DNA of 64,000 nt from Botryllus schlosseri (GCA_051294905.1 CM119371.1:32304001-32368000); one strand, 5' to 3'. Positions 25,170 to 38,148 are shown, numbered from the stretch's first letter. The notes: a model not told the origin generated them from the sequence alone. Numbers and translations are program-made.

Positions 25170-26547
25170 GGGGGCGCTGGAGAAAAATGGCTTCGCAGTA
25201 GATGATGTGGTGATAGGACATATCCTTAATGAGTATTCAGAGCAAATTAACACCGAAAACTCCGTTACATATAGCCCTCAAAGTACATATAGGTTTAATT
25301 GTCCATGGGCGCCTAAATGACTGACACCGAATGTTCCTGTCTTGGCAATCTGAACCCCAGAATACGAATTCCATCTGGCAGGGAAAAATTATATGTCAGT
25401 GAAGAAATACCGATCTGAAATCGTGTGCGTCTTTTAGTTTAGTACGATTGGGCGACAGGGATATTCCTGTTGGGCGATATCCCCGTTGAGCGATTCTATA
25501 TTTTTTGATATTGCAGACATGGGGTCACGAAATAACATCATGCAACGAAGTCATACCAACGGGTTCGCCCGCCCGAATATGTTTAATTATTAGTAACGGG
25601 CCCAACAGTTTCCAAGAAACCTCACAATGTTCGCTTTAAGTTTTGATGAGTCTGTGCACACTCAACAACTCACTGCGCTGACCCCTGGACAACAGTGCGT
25701 ATCGACTAAAAAAGGTAATAACTTCGGATTTGTTGTGCGCAACGCATATTTTCTGTGCGCAGAGACCGTGTCAGCACTGCGCACGTGCGCAGCTTAGAGG
25801 GAACATTGCACCTCACTCAGCTCTACCGGTAAATGTGTTTACGTGAGCAGAGAGAGGATAAAAATTAATCTCAATTTACATGCAATTACCGATGATATTG
25901 ACCAATTCACTCATTAATTAGTGAAATGCTTCGCGCGACTAGGCGAGAATAGCTGCCTCAGTAAATGGACACCCAATGTAGATACCTAACAGGCTTTCAG
26001 CAAATAGAGAACAGCCTAATGGGGGTCTTGGAGTGAAGTCCCCCGGAAGCTTGGTTTATCACCCGATGGGGGCCCAGGACCAACGTTTTTTGTTTGGGGG
26101 GGGGGCTGACGAAGTGCTGTTACGGCCCTGGTAACGAATAATTGTACCTGCGGGCATGCCCGAATATGTTTAATTATTAATTACGTGCCCTTTATCTTCC
26201 TATATAACAGCTCACTCAGTTTATCGCGACTTATATATGTAATTACCACCTATTCATTCATGCATTATAGAACATTTTGGTACCTAGGGCGACCAGGCCA
26301 CACAAACTTTGCTGACCATCGAAATCACGATAGGGGGTTCGTGGGGGCGATGCCCTCAGAAGTTCGGTTTATCACGCTACGGGTGCGCAAGGCAGTCGTT
26401 TTTAGGGGTTGACGAAGTGCTGTTACGGCCCCCCTCTTACTCATTGTCTTTATTACATTCCTTACATTATGAAGTTGGGGGGGGGGGCGCTGGAGCACGA
26501 TAATTTTTGAAAGGGGGCGCTGGAAGAAAAAAGGTTAAGAACCACTG
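25170..26547. mobile_element. hAT family B, copy 3, reverse orientation, one end truncated
   Basis: Reverse complement of 6812-8230; ends AAGGTTAAGAACCACTG. Confidence 0.9.
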
Positions 26548-27338
26548 ATTTATAGTAATGGGCATATCCGCGTGGGCCATGACCGCACCACAACGCACCA
26601 AGACATATAAAGTTTTAGGCCATGTCACATGTGACTCCAAGGGGTGTGTCAGAACGATCGGCAGCGAGAACGCCTTGGCCGTAAAGGACTGCTTTTATGC
26701 TGACCAAAAACTTCGAAATACCAAAACATTCGTTATATATACAAAATACACATAGGTTTAATTGTCCATATAGGCGCCTAAATGACTGGCACCGAATGTT
26801 CTTGTCTTGGCAATCAGAACCTCACAAAACAAATACCATCCCGCAGACATGAAATTATATGCCAGTGAAGAAATACCAATCTGAAATCGTGTGATGTTTC
26901 AGTTTTTTGATATAGCAGACAGGAGGTGACGAAATAACATCATGTAAAGAAGTCATACCTAGGGATCCACCCGCCCGAAGATGTTTAATTTTAGGGGGTC
27001 TGCAGTTTCAAAGACACCTTTCACTCAGCTCTACCGGTAAATCTGATTACGTGGGCAAAGAGGACAACCATGCTATTCCCGATCTTATTCACCCATTTTA
27101 TCATGAATTATCGACATATTCGCGCGTCGCGCTGTCTCACTAAACAGTACAACTTTAATTTCGTGGCAAAAGCGAACAACGTGATGCGGGGTCAGTTTAT
27201 CACCCTATGGGAGCCCGGGGTCCTGACGAATAAGTGCTGTTACGTTCCTGCCAACGAGTATATCCCCGGAGATGTTTAATTACTATTGAGGGGGCCTATA
27301 CCTTTTCAAACACACCTCACTCAGCTCTACCGGTAAAT

Positions 27339-27758
27339 TATTATTATTATTATAGATGGTAAAAAATGGAAGTGGCGCATATCACCGATAAAGGTCTGGT
27401 GCACCACGTGCAAGGTTAATCGTAAAGAATAGTCAATTCAGGACAAATACATATGAAAAGGTTGAGAAAATCATAGCAATATGTTACAAGAATCCACAAA
27501 TTCGATGACAGCCGTAAAAAGTAGCGGGTTAACTAAAAGGTTATAAGTACTGAACGCAAGATGTAGTCCCTCACAATACTGTTTTACCGTGCGTCTATGG
27601 TGAGCGTATTTACAACATGATAAAAGAAAATGTTCGACGGTGTCTGGTACGAAACAGAAATCACATAAAGGAGAGTCAATACACCCAATTTTAAACAGAT
27701 GCATATTCGGCCGGCAATGACCGGAACGAAGGCGAAACAAAATATTCTCATGCCGGCG
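27339..27758 (-). mobile_element. 5'-truncated I-group LINE 3' end (CCHC knuckle)
   Basis: LFRLRSGHCRPNMHLFKIG..SPLCDFC..DTVEHFLLSC; (TAA)n tail; 12-bp TSD CTACCGGTAAAT (27327-27338, 27759-27770). Confidence 0.9.
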
Positions 27759-29809
27759 CTACCGGTAAATAAGATGACGTGAACAGAGACAGGATGAAAA
27801 TTGATAGCAATACATGCAATTCTCGATTATATTGACCAATTCAGTCATGAAACCAAATAAATTTCTAGCGCTTCGCGCGTTTAGGCGAGAACAGCTGATT
27901 CACTCAACGGACACCCAATGCAGCACATAAGTAGCGGTAAACAGTGGACAGTTTTGAAATCTCGCCAGGGCAATAAAACTATTCCGAAATCGCCATGACT
28001 GTTTGGGTCCGTTTCCAAGCCGTAGTATGCGTGCGGCCCCGACCGTACTCTGAAATTCTAAATTTGGCCCTCACACCGAAAAAGTTTGGGAACCACTGAT
28101 TTAAATCATACAAGAGGATTGGTAAAGGTGAGCACTGCGCAACGTAAGCATTGGGCCGTCTATGAAACAGAGACTTAATCTACTACAACTTCGACAACGT
28201 AAGGTGTGATCGTTTAGTTTGCGGTCAATTTATTTGAGATGTAACTATGAAGGATCCGTGTAACGAACAATCAGTGAATGACTGGTTGTCCTCACAAGTG
28301 AATGGACACCGTCGTATCTGCAACAATCCGAATATACACAGGACACAGTGACTTGATCGACACCGTTTACTTGATGACTTGAAATTGACTCGTAAATTTT
28401 ATTCCGAGTCACGAGTCAATGCACATTTCTGCAGCTTCGAGTCAAGTCAAGTCAAGTCAAGTCAAGTCATTTTTCCAAAGTGACTCAGGTCAAGTCATAC
28501 TAAAAAGTTGACTCGAGTCATCCCAGCACTGCGAAATACTCGTTGCGCCGTATATATCGCAGATTTTCTTGCCAACTCTGGCGAGTTTGTTTTATCGAAT
28601 TTGTCCTCTTTTTCTAGAGTCTCGAGTCAACTTTTTCCAGAAAAAGAGGACAAATTCCCAAAAAACAAGTCATTTAGGCGACCTCCGAGGACTCTTTCAA
28701 TTAATTGAAAAATGAGGACAAATCCTCCTAAAAGAGGACGTATATGGCAACCGTAGATCAGTGGTTCCCAACCTTTTTGGATGTCGGAGACGCATTTCAA
28801 ACTTCATTACGTATGGAGCCTCATGAAAACACTCGAGTAGGCTATTTATAACGAAAATCTCCAGGTAGCTAGCCTACCTCTGGATCACACCATCCAGCTA
28901 ATTTAAAAGCAGGCACAATTGCACATAGACTTCCATCGATTCTATATCGGTTATTTTAGCATTGATAGATTGGCGAGTGCTATACATTGAAATAAATGGA
29001 AAAAGCATATCATTACTACAAGATACAATTGTGTCGTTGGGTGATAGCTCTTCAATCTTCATACATTCCAGCACTTAATGAACAAGTTTGCAGGGGAATA
29101 TACGCTGAGTAATATTGGACTTATTGCAATTTATCACGTTTTCCCCGACACCTCTAGCAGCATAAGGTGTTGCGGAGGTTGGCCTTAACAAAATCGACAC
29201 GAGAATGGTGACGCGTCGAGCGTAAATGCCTACATGCTTCCAATTTCGGTTGGCAGGCAGATGTCTGTTTGATTGATTACTGGGCAACGTTTCGATTCCA
29301 ATCCACGCATGGATTGGCTACGTAACAGTGCGATACGAGTTTTCGTTTACCGAAAATACTATGACGTTACAGACGTCTGCATTGCAGTCGTCATAGAATA
29401 TTAGCTGCCTTGTTGTAGCGATTTTAGCCAACACTATCCAACCTGGCTGGTAATCCGGATTTAAATCCAGCTGTAACGAAAGCAAAATGCGATCACATCG
29501 GTGATGAAATGACTTTGGTATTTAACTAAAGGATATCTTTGGGTCGTACGGCCATTAACCTGTCATAACATACGGTCATTAACCTGCCATCACACACGGT
29601 CACGGACGGTATCCATATAGCTTGCCGTAGTCACACGAGTTTAGACAATCAAGATTTATGAGACCTTGAGTCTTGACATCTATGTTATTTTATGAATGAT
29701 AAGCCAGCAACTTCTGAATAGGCTGGCGCGAAAGTGAGAATATATAATCACGAAGTCCCCAAGTAACTGAATAGACTGGTCGAAGAGGAAACGAATGGTG
29801 GTATTATAA

Positions 29810-30199
29810 CAGGTTTGTAATGACTCGACTCGAGTCATTTAAAAAAATACGGAAATGACCCGACTTGGTCTCGAGTCATTGCGCATGACTCGACGAGACT
29901 CAGACGGCCAAGACCGACATTTCATTGTAATTTCGAAGAATAGTAAAGTAACCACACTGTTAGGATTTCGTCTATTGTTACTGGTACTTGAAAATGCGAC
30001 CAGAAACTTCTAAAAGTAAGGAAAATTAGTGTATTATTAATGCGAACCATTCGATTTCGATTTCGAGTTATGACACGTGGGTTTAACTGGAAACTGAGCA
30101 GTCAAAACAATGACTTGGACTCGGAATCGAGTCATAACACCATGACTCGAACTGGACCCTCTGCTCTCTGACTTGGACTCGGACTTAGTTACAACCTTG
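29810..30199. mobile_element. hAT MITE, family C
   Basis: CAGGTTTGTAATGACTCG ... GTTACAACCTTG; perfect TSD TATTATAA. Confidence 0.85.
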
Positions 30200-30951
30200 T
30201 ATTATAATCAACTAGGCCGGGTCATCATTTATTGAAGTCAAAAACTTCATGGTGAGAATTAGGGTGTATACCACTATACACTGCGGGGCCAACAAAAAGT
30301 TTACTTCGTAGGGCTCTGTAGGCCTTTGAGCTATGACGCAGGCCCAACACAGCAACTTTGATCGGATCTCTATCATGTCCGGCAAGAGTGTGATATGTTC
30401 TAACTCTGCAACACCAATGGGCTGCGAATTAAAGTATGACCTTGGCCTCAGACGCAAGTGTCGGAGGTTCATCTAGGCTCCTCGTCGCCTCGCCATCCGC
30501 GTGGAGTCTTAATAAGTCAAGAACGAATGGAAAAAGTAATAAAATGACAACCGAAACACCATATATACGAAAACTAGACATATATGAGTGGACGAGTTGG
30601 TTTGAAGATTTTTTCATACCCAGCGAAACATGACAAATGTATCAACAAATAAATGGTGATGTAACGTCATAACGTTCATTACGTCACATAATCTTTAAAA
30701 AAGCCAGCTTCTCCCATAGTGTTAAACCGCCCAGCGAGAATATGACGCATGTGATAAGACGATGTAAGAGAGAAAATGTACGCAAACTCTCTGAAACCGA
30801 TCTTCCAAGGAAGCTAAACTGCGTATTGATCCAGCAAATCGATATAGGAAATATTAAATGCCAGATTTCTTGCTCGCTATATAAAAACCGCTTTGTCACT
30901 CTGGATTTTATTGCAATATTGATAGTTTGCATATGAACGAAGCTATCTCCC

Positions 30952-31948
30952 TGGGGATGGTGTGAACCTCTGAAAGGTTCAGGTTCGTGTGAACGCGAAC
31001 CTTTTTGAAAGGTTCTGTGTGAACACGAACGTGAACCTCATGACGTCACGTGACGTCATATTGCTAATTCCAACCCTATCTTCCAATGAAGTGATAGCCT
31101 ATATTAATGTACACGATACCAAGCGAAGACTCGGTTCACTAATGCCACAATGCTGAAGTACATATCGGCGTTTTAAACGTCGCTAAATGTATCAAGAGCG
31201 GTAATCAAAGTATATAGTAATTGCGTAAAATCAATACATTCCGTCGCTTTGCCAACAATTTCGACGAGGACTTACCAAGGAATATAAGCTTACGCCTTAA
31301 CGGTCTTAGCCAGACCCGACAATGTGTTCGGAGTCTGAGTATTGCTACATTGATATTGAGCAGAGTGTACAACGGGTTTCAATACTCGCTACCGATACCA
31401 CAAACAACAACAAGTTATGCAGCAGTAGCAAGCACCTTAATCGCACGGATTTGGTTTTAATGATACAGTAAAGATATGAAGTCAAGATTAACCCCCTACG
31501 CCCGTTCGATTTTTTACATCAGAAGACGATATCAATGTCATTGATTGGTTGAATAAGCATCATTCGCTGACTACGTATATCGCTCGTGATGTTGTGTGAT
31601 TGCGGGTCAAGCTCACAGCAGATAGTAACTAAATATTCACAAACGGAAAGCTGGTTATTCCGAGAAAATTTTTGCAACAAAGCAACTAAAACTTTTAAGG
31701 TTGTCGAGGTGCATGGTGCATGCTCGTTAAGCGTTGATATTATATGCTGCCAGCACCATGCATGGAGTAGCCCGCAGTTGAAATGCAATAAATTTGAGCC
31801 AAAGATCTTATAATGGAGTGAAAATTACAATTTACCAAAAGGTTCACAGTGCAGAACCTACCAAGGTTCTGTTGTGAACACGAACCTCTAAATTTCCGAG
31901 GTTCACACACAGAACGCGAACGTGAACCTCACGTTCACACCATCCCTA
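30952..31948. mobile_element. hAT-like MITE with GTGAAC subterminal repeats
   Basis: TGGGGATGGTGTGAAC / GTTCACACCATCCCTA; partial TSD ATCTC. Confidence 0.75.
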
Positions 31949-32807
31949 ATCTCTACCATTTATTTGATAACCAAATCAGTTATTTTGCATGTTGCATGTA
32001 ATGATGGCTATGTTGTTTTTGTTGTTTAAGAATTCATGGTGGTTCGGAATCTATGGTAATCATACACCAGGCCGATATTCCTTGTGATAATGGCTATGAT
32101 TGCAGATTGTCTATACTTCTCGTACTGCTATGTGTAATGAATATGGAAATAGTTAATCTCATAGTTTTGGGCTAATATCCTAGTACGATTCAATCGAAAA
32201 ACCATTCATCTTTCGTTTAAGACTGGAGTATTTTGCCGCGGGTTGCAAAGTAGTCATATACAGCATTCCCAACTATACCACAGTGTCAGAAATCCAAATT
32301 TCGTGCATGTGGGTAAAGTGCCTCCAGACGGCGGTCGGGCGATGCTTATAGCTGAAAATGAGTACGCATGACAGCGCTAAGTTCTCATGTTAAGGCGTGT
32401 GGTATTGGAATCACGTTGACGCAGCGCTGTGAACTTTCACGAAACTGGAAAGTCTTGGCATTGGTTTCACCATTTTGGAAATTACCTATGTCATATGATG
32501 TTCGAGAAAAGATTGCACAGTTAGTAAGGTTCAATCACACCTGGCATTTGATCTGTTTCATGTCTCACCAGGTAGCCGCCTATCCGAAGTGAAAAAATCA
32601 AATCATTGGCTATATATACAGAAGTAACATCATTTGTAGTTACTCCATGCGCATCGCAGGTAGCATAGTTGTTCGAGTCTTATAAACCAAGGCACAGATA
32701 CAAGCAAATTGAAAACAGATTGGGTATATTATTGCAAAGTATATATGATTGTGAGTCGGATAATTACCAGATCCGTAATGTTTCAGATTTAGGAGAATAA
32801 GTATAAA

Positions 32808-35800
32808 ATGAATATATTCACATCTACGTTGATGCTATGCTGCACCTGGGCATGTGGTAAGTAAGAAATTAGTCCCGCAGATATTTAGTAAGCTAAATCT
32901 AAACGAAGTCATAAAAACCCGGCCTGTAGAAGTTAACCAGTGAATTGCGCATGCGCGCTTGTTTCAGTTAAAGTAAATACGATATGTGAAATGTGTATCG
33001 GTTGATGGTGGCCTGAAAAATACCAATCATATTATATACACTTATGCTCTCATAGTTATTCCATATGCGTATGATATAGTTCGAAAAAAATTGGCTGGTA
33101 ATTTTCAAATTCCTTCAGGGTTAAGTTCACCTGAATCATATCATTTTCTTCATACGAAGTGGTTATATGACCCTATACGGTACTGATAATCATCAAAGAA
33201 AGAAAACAAGCAGAAAGCAGATTACAGATGTTCAAAATTATGTCAGTAACGGAAATAATTTACTGTTATTTATAGAAAAGCGATTTTCTTCATTGCTATT
33301 CGGTGTTTCCATGGTGAAGGTTTGTCACAGCGGGTACACATTACATATACGGAAACTTAATTCGAATTAGGCCTGGAGCATGTCGCTAGAATTGTTAAAA
33401 ACAAGAAGCTGCAGCTGCAGTACATTCAAGACGTGACATTTCATGCTAAAATATATATGTATATGTACATATACATTGTACAATGTACTGCCGCATCTAT
33501 ATCTATAACTATAACTATCTATAACCGGCATTGAAGTGCATATCATATACGCTTACATGTATTTGGCTTATATGTCAATTCCGGTAGGTAATGGCGTGTC
33601 AACTCAGGTTGTCATCAAATCCTCATATATTGGCTGTCGTGCATTCGACTACGCTGAGATTCTCGTTTGTAATAGAATCCGCAAAGTGCGTTGGTGACGT
33701 TTTTGGCTAGCTCGTGAAAGCCCGTGTTAATGACATAACCGTTAATTGATTGTATATGATGCAGTTTTAATTGCAAACGGATAATTGCGAATTGAATTGA
33801 TTGCATAAATTCGTGCGGATTTGTTATTATCATTGATAAGTTTGGTTGTGTTGATTAGTGACAGTACTAAGTGACATCAATCATTCCATTTCATTTCGAC
33901 TGACTGCGTAATGCGTATAGCTGTTAAAAAGTGGTACGATTCGCCCGTCTGGTGCATGCGTAAGTTTCATGCCAACTGGAAATGAGACTATGCCTTACCT
34001 GCAATTTCATGCCTTTGATCGGCTGCATTCCATGACTTATGCTCACAATATGCAAATTGCATTACAGCGCTGGCTTTGAAATGCTACGATTGTAACGTGT
34101 ACGGCGATAAGAGAAATGGCCCTTGCGCGATAACGGAGTGTCCGCAACAGTACAATTATTGCGTTACATCTTCATTCACTCGTGAGTATTGGTGTATAAA
34201 TATGTAATATCTCTAGTTGTCTTCACTGTATTTTGTATTGGCTTGTGTTGCCAAAATGATAATATCTCGTGCATAATCATAGCTGTGTATTGCATGAAAT
34301 AAATCTTGGTGATACACGATTGTTGGTATACAATGTTATTTCCAATTCTCTGCTAGTTGCTGACGAATACCCCTGGCGAAGTGTCCGCCGAAAATATTCG
34401 GTTTCATTTCGATATGAATATACTATTCAACTGTACTTACATATTTATACGTTAACACCGATAGAAGTGTCGCCTTTTTTCTTGATGCGTTTGGTAACTA
34501 GCAATACAAGTCATATAGTTATTGTAACGATGAATAGATTTATTCCCTAATCACGATAAGTGAACATGAAAAGCACGCTTTAACATCTTGTACGGCATTT
34601 CAGATCTCGAGGTCACATAACTTTGAGTCACGTACGAATAATGAAGTTACGCAAACCCTACCCTTTTAACTTATTTGGTATTTGCGTGGCATTCACTTGT
34701 GGCTGTTGGAATAACCTAGAATCCATGCTAACAGCTCAATGTACCCTATCAACTCATTTGGTATTTGCGTGACATTAACTTGTGACTGTCGGAATACACT
34801 ATAGAATCTGCACTCACTGCTCAAGTGCTCAGCGTACCCTTGCGACTTATTTGGTATTTGCATGTCATTCACTTGTTAATGCCGAAATAAAACTATATTC
34901 CATGCTCAATGACTACAGAGGTTGTCAAAGTAGGCATCGTTGGTATATTGCTACTCAAGTTCTAATAGAAATAGTTATTACCAAGCAAGGAAGTAAGTAT
35001 TCTGGGCCTATCTTTGCTTAAAACAGTGGAAGACTGTTAAGTATTATTAGTAGTGATCTAAATTCATAGCCACTTCAGTAGTGTAAGTCTGGGTACTTCT
35101 AAAACGTAGAAGTACTTCAATCGTTATTGACCCTCTCTGAAGGTATATAATGAAGACCGCAAATCAGAAAAGAAAACTTTCTACAGAGTTTGCCCGAATT
35201 TGCACGGGTGAAAGCTGCATGCAATAAAATCAATGCCTTATTGTTGCATAATCTACTGGTTCCAACGAACTTATCAACTGATAATGCCCAAATATGATCC
35301 TCGGATGGTCCTTTTTCGGTTCTGTGTTTGCTAATTAGAGGTAAGGTATTAATTTGCCACGAAAAATTATGGACCACGAGCGTGGAACTAGGTGAAAACA
35401 TGATCATGTCAAGTCAATATTTGAACCCTTGAACCGGACATAGAACACTTATACGAAAAAATGATAGTTCCGATACAATTCTGTATCAGAATAACTTGTT
35501 TCCCGCACAGCCGAGACCCAATGTATATCTCCAACTGGATTTTGAATCAAGCAAGATTCGATTTTAAAATATGAATATAATTCATGATAGTAACCCCAAT
35601 CCGTTAACATACTCCACGTGTAGCCTATACGAAGAGCTGTGTAAGCTAGGATAATTGCAACTTCAACTTCATGCTAACCCTTGATTTTCAAACATAGCGA
35701 CATCCGCCGCATCTGAATGCTATCACATTTCGGACAAAGGGAAAAGTTATCGCGGGACGTGGAATAAAGCTATCGGCAAGGCTGACTGCATTGCCTGGGA

Positions 35801-38148
35801 CAAGGGCAACTTTACGTAGTGAGTATCTAAATCCTATCTCTTCTGCCTACTGTGGTAATGTTACCATGCTTTAATTCGCGCTTTTCTCTACAGTAATCCT
35901 ACGAGCTACCCAGGAATCGGGCTAGGCAGCCATAACCACTGCAGGAATCCGGATGGAGATATGAAACCGTGGTGCTACACGTCTCTCAGGGAAGATTTCT
36001 CCTTCTGCAACATCCCGGAATGTTTCAAACGTAAGTATCACAGTCGGTCATACGGATAAAATGTGAAGTTTTTACAGGCAGAGGTAGACAGTATAGTCAT
36101 CATCATTCAGAGTCAATATAGCCTTTTGAGTCATGGTTCTCAATTGCTTTTAGTGATTTCAACGCATGCAGTGGACTTAAGGTCGTACAGTTACATTGGG
36201 CAAATAAACAGAGGTGGTCTGTAACGAATTACTTCTACTTCTACTTCTGCTTCAATGGAGATTTACGAAATTACGTCTCCTTCTACTGGACTCCCAACGA
36301 TACGTACTTTGATCATTTCTGCAAATAGTCACTAGACTTTATAAGTTCCGACAACAGTTTCTGACTTGCAGAAAGCCAAACCAGCTATAGGACCGAGTAT
36401 ACTTGGTAATATTGATAAGATTCGACATCTTGACTACGTCTTGACATTCTCCACACTCCAGACGTATCTTAAGACGCGTCGAAGCATAGGCGATATGCAT
36501 TTTCGATTCCGAAAAAAGCGTCTCGAAATTACATGCACGGTGACCGCGTTGAGGTCATTTTGTGCCAAGATATAGTTCGAAAGTACTGACGGCTGAGACT
36601 TGAAGTGTCTGAGACGTATCTTATGTCTGCGAAAGCTTTGGGCACCAACTCAACGCGTTGATCGCATCCGTATGAGCTATATATATATTGGATATTTTTC
36701 TCCTGTCCGGGTTTGGAACTTCAGTGTTATGATATCTCTCTGAACTGAGGAAGGCTAGGGAGCATGATTTACTACTTGCTAATAAATTAGAAATCATGTT
36801 TTGCAGATCGAGTTAAAGTCGAAGAGCACGCGTGCGGATGGCTGGACAGAGTTTTCTGTAAAGACACGCTGCTTGGCAGGGAGTGCAGAAAAGTATGCGA
36901 CAAAGGTAAGTCAGAATATCACCCTCGTATCCACGGGAATTCTGTCTTAAACTTGTTGGTTTTTCGACATCTGAGGTTATTGAAAAAAAATGAATGGTTT
37001 GCATCATCCCGAAAGCCTCATACTGCCTCTATAGAATCCAAGTCGTAGCATGGAATACGTTGCCTCTTAGATTCTTGAAGACGCAGATTCGACACTATCC
37101 ACGCGTGACTTATAGGTAGGGAGCAGCAGTATAGATAAAAACTACAACCGAAATACACACATAGATATGGAGTCGGTCTCAAGAATACGATTTATTTCTT
37201 GAGGCTCGAAGCTGGAGCTATGCAGAAATGCAGTGCACTCCCACACCCAACCCGTCTGGTATCAATACACCGCCGTTTTTGGTTTGGATTTCTTTCCCGC
37301 CAGGAAACTGGCATTATTAATCATGCTAACAAGGCGTGATTTATCTAAATTAGTACCGAGACACTATCATTCATAACCAGACAGAAGAGTATAGAGACCA
37401 GACAGCCGAACCCGATGTTACATAACACTGCTACCTCCATGCGCTGCCTGTTGTGTTTTCGTGACAAAATTCTACCATAATTCGTGAGGTTAAGTATTTT
37501 GTGGTCACGTATGTTAGACATGGCTACGCCTCTTATACTTTTGAGGTGTCATAATACAATCTCTTTTCTCCTGGCTGCATATAAGATATGCACGCATGAG
37601 CTATTATTATTATTAACTCGAATTTTACTCCGGATTTGAAATTACAGCGCCAATTGGAATGTCCGATTCTGTGGACTCGAAAATTTGTGCGTAATCGACC
37701 GCTAATAATAGCTATGGAGACGAAATATATATACCCCTATAAGACAGCGGGAATTTGTAACCTCATAGGTGATCAGTGAAAGGAATAAGCTTAATATATC
37801 TACTTACTCGGAGTAAAGTTTTTTAAGAATTTTGTAAATACCAAACAGCTAATCAAACAGGCAACAAAGGCAAACAGTACAGGTTTCTGTCTTCACTACG
37901 GCGACAGTGAATACTGAACCCACGCTACACTAAAATGTATTAAAATGCTTCCTGCCTTATCATTCCCCTGTCATTCAGACCTCTGTAACGAGCCTACAGT
38001 ACCCTACAAAGCCGTCCAAAGAGAAGACAAATCGCCCAGAAGCGACAGCTTGGCAGCCAAGGAAGACAAAGAGAACAGTGCCATGACACAGGGCGCGAAG
38101 ACAGCATCTTTATTATTGTGTTTATCAGTATGGAAGTGGCTCGCGTGA
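32808..38148 (+). CDS. GPI-anchored Ly6/uPAR (LU, three-finger) protein with a kringle domain inserted inside the LU domain; 229 aa predicted
   Basis: Exons 32808-32856 (signal MNIFTSTLMLCCTWAC), 34068-34181 (ALKCYDC..C..C..C, LU Cys1-5), 35698-35818 and 35894-36030 (kringle), 36807-36905 (ACG..FC..EC..VCDK), 37979-38148 (DLCN..NSA..LLLCLSVWKWLA*). All introns GT-AG, phases 1,1,2,1,1; 690 nt open frame; TATAAA at 32681, AATAAA at 38185. Confidence 0.88.
34660..34912. repeat. Three diverged tandem units of about 85-95 bp in intron 2 of the LU-kringle gene
   Basis: ACCC..ACTTATTTGGTATTTGC..CATTCACTTGT..GAATA..TAGAATC..GCTCAA recurs at about 34660, 34743 and 34836. Confidence 0.75.
35698..36030 (+). 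CDS. Kringle domain exon pair (uPA/tPA-like)
   Basis: ECY..KGKSYRGTWN.....DCIAW / GLGSHNHCRNPDGDMKPWCY......FCNIPEC; six Cys; phase-1 flanking introns and an internal phase-2 intron. Confidence 0.93.

Larger units (their letters stand above)
24410..28098. mobile_element. Non-autonomous hAT (Buster-like) element nested in 23911-28531
   Basis: TIRs CAGTGATTCCCAA / TTGGGAACCACTG; perfect TSD ATTTAAAT; internal 26.7-27.9 kb sequence is a diverged relative of the family B interior. Confidence 0.85.
23911..28531. mobile_element. hAT-like MITE with (AAGTC)n/GACTCGAGTC subtermini; outer shell of a nested cluster
   Basis: Termini CAGTGTTGAGA / TCCCAGCACTG; flanks share CGAAATA. Confidence 0.7.

Noticed and set aside
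37648..37690. Possible extra small exon in the last intron of the LU-kringle gene
   Set aside because: The donor is weak and inclusion would break the conserved C-x2-DLCN motif.
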